This document shows, piece after piece, positions 59,286 through 64,000 of a stretch of DNA of 64,000 nt. The stretch comes from an uncultured Pseudomonadota bacterium (GTDB lineage Bacteria > Oederibacteriota > Muellerivitia > Muellerivitales > Muellerivitaceae). The position numbers and the translations under genes are program-made. The stretch covers positions 192,001 through 256,000 of the forward strand of contig CAWIIP010000001.1 of the NCBI GenBank assembly GCA_963836235.1, given 5' to 3'. Position 1 is the first letter of the stretch. Every line of letters starts with the position of its first letter. A model generated the notes under the pieces. It worked only from the letters and a program-made list of their open reading frames with translations, searched no databases and was not told the DNA's origin.

Positions 59286-60968
59286 TCATCGGTCAAAAAC
59301 ATCCTTGAACAACTTCCTCATCCCCTTGCGTTCCTCGTAGTTGGCGGTCTGCTTTGCGTTCTTGAGGGTCATTTCCACGACGGTCCCGAGTAGGGAGCCT
59401 GACTCCACGTTTTCGGCTACCTTTTCCACCGCTCCCTTGACGATGTCCAATAGGCCGGAGCCATGAGGTTGAGGCGCCTGCGAGTGACCCCCAAGGTCAT
59501 TTGCGTGGTTTGGCTGTGCTAGTCCCACGGGGGGATTAGCAACCGTTTCCGGAAGGGGAGCCCCGGCTTGGGTTTTCTGTTCCGGTTTTACCCTGGCCAA
59601 TTTGCGGGGACTCACTGCCGGTTTCTGGGGATTCAACCTGGACAAGCGGCTTAACTTGACCTTGAAGTCTTTCATAAAAGTTTCTTGTTCTTCAGGGCTT
59701 TTTCCAACGACCGGCAAGGTCGTTTTAATGGCCTTTAACGCGGAAGTCTTTTCGCCCGCCAGGGCTTTTTGGTAGATGCCATCCGCCAAGGGGCCAGGGC
59801 CAAAGGCCGTTTCAAGGTGGGTTTTGGCGTCGAGTTTGGAATTTTCAAAGGCCTCCCGCTTTTGAGCCTCTTTTTGAGTCTGGGCTTGAGCTTTCCCCTC
59901 GGCTTTTTGGGCTTGCAGGGCCTTGGCTTGTTCCTTAGCGGCGGCTTTTTGGGCCTTTTGCTGATCCTTGGCCTCTTGGGCCTTCCGGGCTTCTTCCGCT
60001 TGGGACGCCTTGGCGGCGCTTTCCCCCTGATAGGCTTTGGCACACTCCTTTAATAGGTCGGGAAAGGCTTTACGGTAAGCTAAGTTCTCCTGGGCTACCC
60101 CCGCCTTTTGTTTCATGTGTTCCAGCCAAACCATGCCCCCGTAAGCCGCAACCGGGGCTTCGGCTTCTGTCAAGGTCCAGGTGAGTTTGTAGCCCTTGGG
60201 GGTTTTCTGCATTTTTAGGGTAGGGGGAAGACTTGGCCAAAGGGCCGCATGGGGGTCATTTGGGTCTTGGCTTGGGTTTTTGGCTACCTTCTCCCCGAAG
60301 CTCTCAGGGCTATTGCCCTTTTTGACCCAAGCCACCAGCTTTTGGGCCTCGGGTTCGTTCATTTGCCGGTCAATGACGACCTTGATGGTATCCAAGACCT
60401 TTTGTGGGTCTTCAAGGCTGGTCAGGGAAAAAACAATATTTTCGAGAGCTTGATAAGGATCTGTATTTATAAAAGTTTTATAAATTAGATCCCTGGAAGC
60501 TTGGTTTAAAACCGATAAAAGCTTTAAAGCCCTACTAACGGTCGGCTGTTTAATGCATAGTTCATCCGCCACCTGTTGTTGGGTCGGCTTTTGGGGGTTA
60601 TTGATGCGTCTTTCAATGGCTTGGTACCAGTCCAGCCAGTTCATGTCCTGGCCCTGGTTATCCATAATCGAGACCAGCTCAGCCTCTTCGGGGGTAAGGT
60701 TGCCGATGACCAGGGCGTCCAATTCCTCCCAGCCCAGCTCTTGGGCGGCCCGGTAGCGCAACTCGCCTCCCAGGATCAGGTAACATGGGGAGGGATTGTT
60801 GTCCGGTCCCTCGGCAGGCATCGTGCGGAGTTTGACGGGGGTCAATTGGCCGTCGGCCTTCAGGGAAGCTTTCTTCTGGTCTACCATTTCCTGGGTGATG
60901 ACCCGGCGGGGGTTTTCGGGGTTCGACCGAATCTGCCGGATGGGGATTCGCATGTAATAAGAAGTCAT
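59286..60968 (-). CDS. Orphan ParB/Spo0J-like protein (ParB N-domain, HTH, charged coiled-coil C-terminus)
   Basis: NPENPR, SLKADGQLTP, GGELRYRAA; HTH TQQQVADELCIKQPTVSRAL; AGGAG RBS before ATG 60968. Confidence 0.8.
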   Translation of the reverse strand: MTSYYMRIPIRQIRSNPENPRRVITQEMVDQKKASLKADGQLTPVKLRTMPAEGPDNNPSPCYLILGGELRYRAAQELGWEELDALVIGNLTPEEAELVSIMDNQGQDMNWLDWYQAIERRINNPQKPTQQQVADELCIKQPTVSRALKLLSVLNQASRDLIYKTFINTDPYQALENIVFSLTSLEDPQKVLDTIKVVIDRQMNEPEAQKLVAWVKKGNSPESFGEKVAKNPSQDPNDPHAALWPSLPPTLKMQKTPKGYKLTWTLTEAEAPVAAYGGMVWLEHMKQKAGVAQENLAYRKAFPDLLKECAKAYQGESAAKASQAEEARKAQEAKDQQKAQKAAAKEQAKALQAQKAEGKAQAQTQKEAQKREAFENSKLDAKTHLETAFGPGPLADGIYQKALAGEKTSALKAIKTTLPVVGKSPEEQETFMKDFKVKLSRLSRLNPQKPAVSPRKLARVKPEQKTQAGAPLPETVANPPVGLAQPNHANDLGGHSQAPQPHGSGLLDIVKGAVEKVAENVESGSLLGTVVEMTLKNAKQTANYEERKGMRKLFKDVFDR

Positions 60969-61150
60969 AATTTTCTCCTTTTGCTGAAATAGGAGCCCTT
61001 TTATCTTTCTTGGACCCTTGATGGGCAAAAGATATTTCGGGAGAATGCGTCCGTCAAATAAAAAACGAGGGGAAAAAGGTTTCCGGTTTAACCTTGCTGA
61101 AGCATAGCCTAAAAAATGACCGATTTTGATTTAAAGTCAACGGCAAAGGC

Positions 61151-61273
61151 GGGTTGAACCACCAAGGCACCAAGGGCACCAAGTACAGCGAAAGACTTGG
61201 GTGTTTAAAGGAATGGATTTTGATATTTTCTTTTTCTTTCTTGGTGTTCTTGGTGCCCTTGGTGGTTCAACCC
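61151..61273. repeat. Long inverted repeat built from CACCAAG subrepeats (REP/attC-like element)
   Basis: GGGTTGAACCACCAAGGCACCAAGGGCACCAAG ... CTTGGTGTTCTTGGTGCCCTTGGTGGTTCAACCC. Confidence 0.85.
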
Positions 61274-61295
61274 TATTTTTGAGATTGGAAAATAA

Positions 61296-62030
61296 TTGAT
61301 TTATCACCTGACGCCGGAACAAGAAGCGAAAAACAAATCCACGGAAAAGAACGCGACGATTTTTTCCCTGGTGATGGCCGTGACCGCGATGGGCTTTTTC
61401 AGCCTTCCCAGCCTCTCCCAGGGCCCCCAAGCCTATCCCAAACTGCTGATCCTTTGGGCCGTCCTCTTGGGTCTTTTCGGGCTGGTGATTTTCGCGGCGA
61501 GGAAGAACGGGCAAAGCAAAAGGGTGGTCCAATTGGAGACGGGGGATATGGCCTTGGTTCTCAACTCCGCCACCCGGAAGGAAATCATACCTTACACCTC
61601 GATCCTCAGGATGGGCGTCCATAACGACTTCGTGGGTAATGTCATGACGATTTATTTGAGGACCAAGGTCAAACCCTTGATTCTTCTTTATGGTTTTGGG
61701 GAGATGACCGCTTTAGCGGACGATTTGGAAAAACATATTTCCGATCCCCTTTTGGTGGATTGGAAAAGGGGAATTCCGGGAGCCCAAAGAAAGTTCGGCG
61801 GAAGGATTCCGATTATCGGGGTCGGCTTCGCCGTTTTGGGGACCATTGTGGGATTGTCCTACTTCCTGTTCAAATTAGGCTTGGGGAGCTTGTTGATTCC
61901 GATCAGTTTCATTTTCATGGGAATTTCCAGATTCGCCATGAACCGGTACGACCGTGGCTCGAGAATCCTGGGGATTTTGTTTATCCTGGGGGGGATTGTC
62001 TACGCGGTCTTCCAATTTTTGACGCCCTAA
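61296..62030 (+). CDS. Hypothetical membrane protein
   Basis: Two N-terminal and about three C-terminal hydrophobic segments around a soluble domain; start uncertain. Confidence 0.65.
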   Translation: MIYHLTPEQEAKNKSTEKNATIFSLVMAVTAMGFFSLPSLSQGPQAYPKLLILWAVLLGLFGLVIFAARKNGQSKRVVQLETGDMALVLNSATRKEIIPYTSILRMGVHNDFVGNVMTIYLRTKVKPLILLYGFGEMTALADDLEKHISDPLLVDWKRGIPGAQRKFGGRIPIIGVGFAVLGTIVGLSYFLFKLGLGSLLIPISFIFMGISRFAMNRYDRGSRILGILFILGGIVYAVFQFLTP

Positions 62031-62047
62031 ACCTGAAAGGAAACCCC

Positions 62048-62863
62048 TTGCCCAAGAACGATGGTCCCATCCTCGAACGAAAATATTCCATTTGGAAAGC
62101 CTTCCCCTATTCCTTCTTCTCCAAAGACCTTTACGCCGACATTGGCAAAAACTGGAGGGGAACCGGCTACCGTTATCTTTTTTTGACCCTGGCCCTGGTG
62201 GTCTCTTGCCGGGCCTTGGTGTTTCAGGAATATGCCGCCGAAAATTTTCCGGGTTTCATCGCGAGCGTCCCGGAATTTAAAGTCGAAAAGGGGGTCTTTT
62301 CCTCCAGCGTATCCCAACCTTACGTCCGGAATTATGCCTCGACCCTTTTCGCGCTGGATACCACGGGAAAGATCGCTCAATTGGCCCAGGTGCCTGGCGT
62401 TGAAAAGGCCGATACCTGCCTGCTGATTACCCAGACCCAGTTCATGACCCGCAGAGTCCGTTTGGGCCATGTGGATGACAAAACCGAAAGCCTGGCGAAA
62501 ATCCCTTCCTTCAATTTTGATAAAGACAAAAAGCAACGATTGAGCGATTTCTTTGTCCGGTGGTCGGGGACCTTTTTTTTCCTGTTTTTCCTGTTTTTGG
62601 GTTTTCCGGTTTACGGGATTGTCCTATCCATCTATGGTCTTCTCGGAGTGCTTATTTCGGAAATTCGCGGTAAGGGCCTGGACTATATCGTGGTCCTGCG
62701 ATTGGCCATCATCAGCCATATCCCGCCCTTCCTTTTGACCACCCTCATGGTGATTTGTGGGCTTCAACTGCCCATGCCTATTGTCTGGTCCTTCTTCCTC
62801 TCGATGGGTTTCCTTCATTTCGCGATCAGCGCCCAGGAGCCGGTCGATATCCAAGCCGCTTGA
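62048..62863 (+). CDS. DUF1189-like membrane protein
   Basis: SFFSKDLYADIGKNWRGTGYRYL motif and several transmembrane helices; TTG start after GAAAGGA. Confidence 0.65.
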   Translation: MPKNDGPILERKYSIWKAFPYSFFSKDLYADIGKNWRGTGYRYLFLTLALVVSCRALVFQEYAAENFPGFIASVPEFKVEKGVFSSSVSQPYVRNYASTLFALDTTGKIAQLAQVPGVEKADTCLLITQTQFMTRRVRLGHVDDKTESLAKIPSFNFDKDKKQRLSDFFVRWSGTFFFLFFLFLGFPVYGIVLSIYGLLGVLISEIRGKGLDYIVVLRLAIISHIPPFLLTTLMVICGLQLPMPIVWSFFLSMGFLHFAISAQEPVDIQAA

Positions 62864-62873
62864 AAGGGTAAGC

Positions 62874-63494
62874 ATGAAAGCTTTCGCCGGGATCAACTTA
62901 GCTTTAATTTTTTCGATGATTCTTTGGGGCGGATCCCAGGCCATGGGCCAAACGGCAGTTTCGGGCAACCCACCGTCCGTTTCGACGCCGACCCCATCGG
63001 AAAAATTTTTTATTAAAGCCGGGGCAGGGACTTACCTTTTCCAGTTTTTTTCGACGAGTTACGATCGCTTTGTCCGTAACGGGATTGTTCCAGAAATAGA
63101 TAATCAAATTATTTCCGTGACCGGATTGACCGGGTCCGCGGCGGCGGGGATTGACTGTCCCGACCATTTTTCCTTTTTTGCCAGCGTGGAAGGGCTATCC
63201 AAAGATTGGTCGATCATGGCCAATGCCCAATGTATGGATACGGATTTTAAATTCATGAAACCCTATATTTATTTCGGGGCGGGGTTGGACTTTATCAACT
63301 ATTCGGCTATTGGGCCGGGGGTACAATCGGGACTCGGATTAAGTTTTCCTTTGGACCTAAAAACAGAAATTTTTATTGAAGGTAAAATATATGGTGCCAT
63401 GAACCTTTGGTCCGGGCCTTACCATTACGACGCGCCTTACCGTTGGGCCGATTTCTATGTACCTTTATTGGGAGGATTGAAATTCACCTTATGA
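62874..63494 (+). CDS. Putative small outer-membrane beta-barrel protein
   Basis: Signal peptide; KPYIYFGAG; alternating strands; ends GGLKFTL. Confidence 0.6.
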   Translation: MKAFAGINLALIFSMILWGGSQAMGQTAVSGNPPSVSTPTPSEKFFIKAGAGTYLFQFFSTSYDRFVRNGIVPEIDNQIISVTGLTGSAAAGIDCPDHFSFFASVEGLSKDWSIMANAQCMDTDFKFMKPYIYFGAGLDFINYSAIGPGVQSGLGLSFPLDLKTEIFIEGKIYGAMNLWSGPYHYDAPYRWADFYVPLLGGLKFTL

Positions 63495-63504
63495 TAGGTC
63501 TGGA

Positions 63505-63861
63505 ATGTTAGTGAAAGCTCTGGCCTGGATCAACTTAGCTTTGGCATTCGTCCTGGAAATGATCGCCCTTTATATCCTGGGGATTTTTGGGTTTCAGATG
63601 AATCTTCCGGATATGGGGAAGTGGTATTTCGCTTTAATCATCCCTTTTGTTTTCATTTGCGCCTGGGCCATCTTGGCGGCGCCCAAAGCCCAATGCCGGC
63701 TCAAGGGTTGGAAGTTGTATGGTTACAAATTCGTTAATTTCACATTAGCCGCCTGGGCCCTTTCGGCCATCAGCCAAGCCCAATGGGCGATGCTATTTGA
63801 GGTGGTTGTTGCGGTGAATCTAGTCCTTTTATGGGTTTGGAGGCGGTTTGAACCGGGTTGA
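63505..63861 (+). CDS. YrdB/DUF2568-family membrane protein
   Basis: NLALAFVLE...W...AAPKA..RL pattern with four transmembrane helices. Confidence 0.75.
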   Translation: MLVKALAWINLALAFVLEMIALYILGIFGFQMNLPDMGKWYFALIIPFVFICAWAILAAPKAQCRLKGWKLYGYKFVNFTLAAWALSAISQAQWAMLFEVVVAVNLVLLWVWRRFEPG

Positions 63862-64000
63862 ATGATCAATGGCGAGGCTCAATTAGTCCGGATAAAACGA
63901 ATAATAATCAAAAACATAGAAATTTTCGAAAATTCGCACTATTTTTGACCACCTCGGCGTAAAAAAAACTTTATTTTGTTTGAAAATAATAGAGTTTTAC

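Noticed and set aside
59374-59383. TCCACGACGG matching the palindrome left arm
   Set aside because: Lies inside the ParB-like coding sequence with no right arm; likely chance.

Overview
A 64-kb bacterial window from a diderm, Shine-Dalgarno-using host, with four kinds of content. (1) A hemicellulose-degradation secretome: a PorV-like barrel-TPR gene, then three GH30, two GH74, a GH62, a GH44, a reprolysin-like peptidase and a DUF11/FlgD protein. All nine carry a signal peptide, a very long (Thr-X)n stalk and a T9SS-like C-terminal domain; three also carry CBM3. A GH27 and two ~600-aa PocR-like/AraC regulators sit among them. (2) An ArsR-SRPBCC operon. (3) A complete endonuclease-less group II intron (31050-32979), inserted inside a 28-bp 13-GA-13 palindrome. 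Two sibling palindromes (42277, 44010) lie at module boundaries. (4) A poly-HAMP two-component/c-di-GMP cluster bracketed by a diverged direct repeat of the 3' end of an orphan ParB-like gene, followed by a long inverted-repeat element and small membrane genes. The best novelty candidates are the palindromic boundary sites, the T9SS-like cargo system with recombining C-terminal modules, and a covarying intergenic hairpin. All family calls come from motif recognition by eye; no searches were run.
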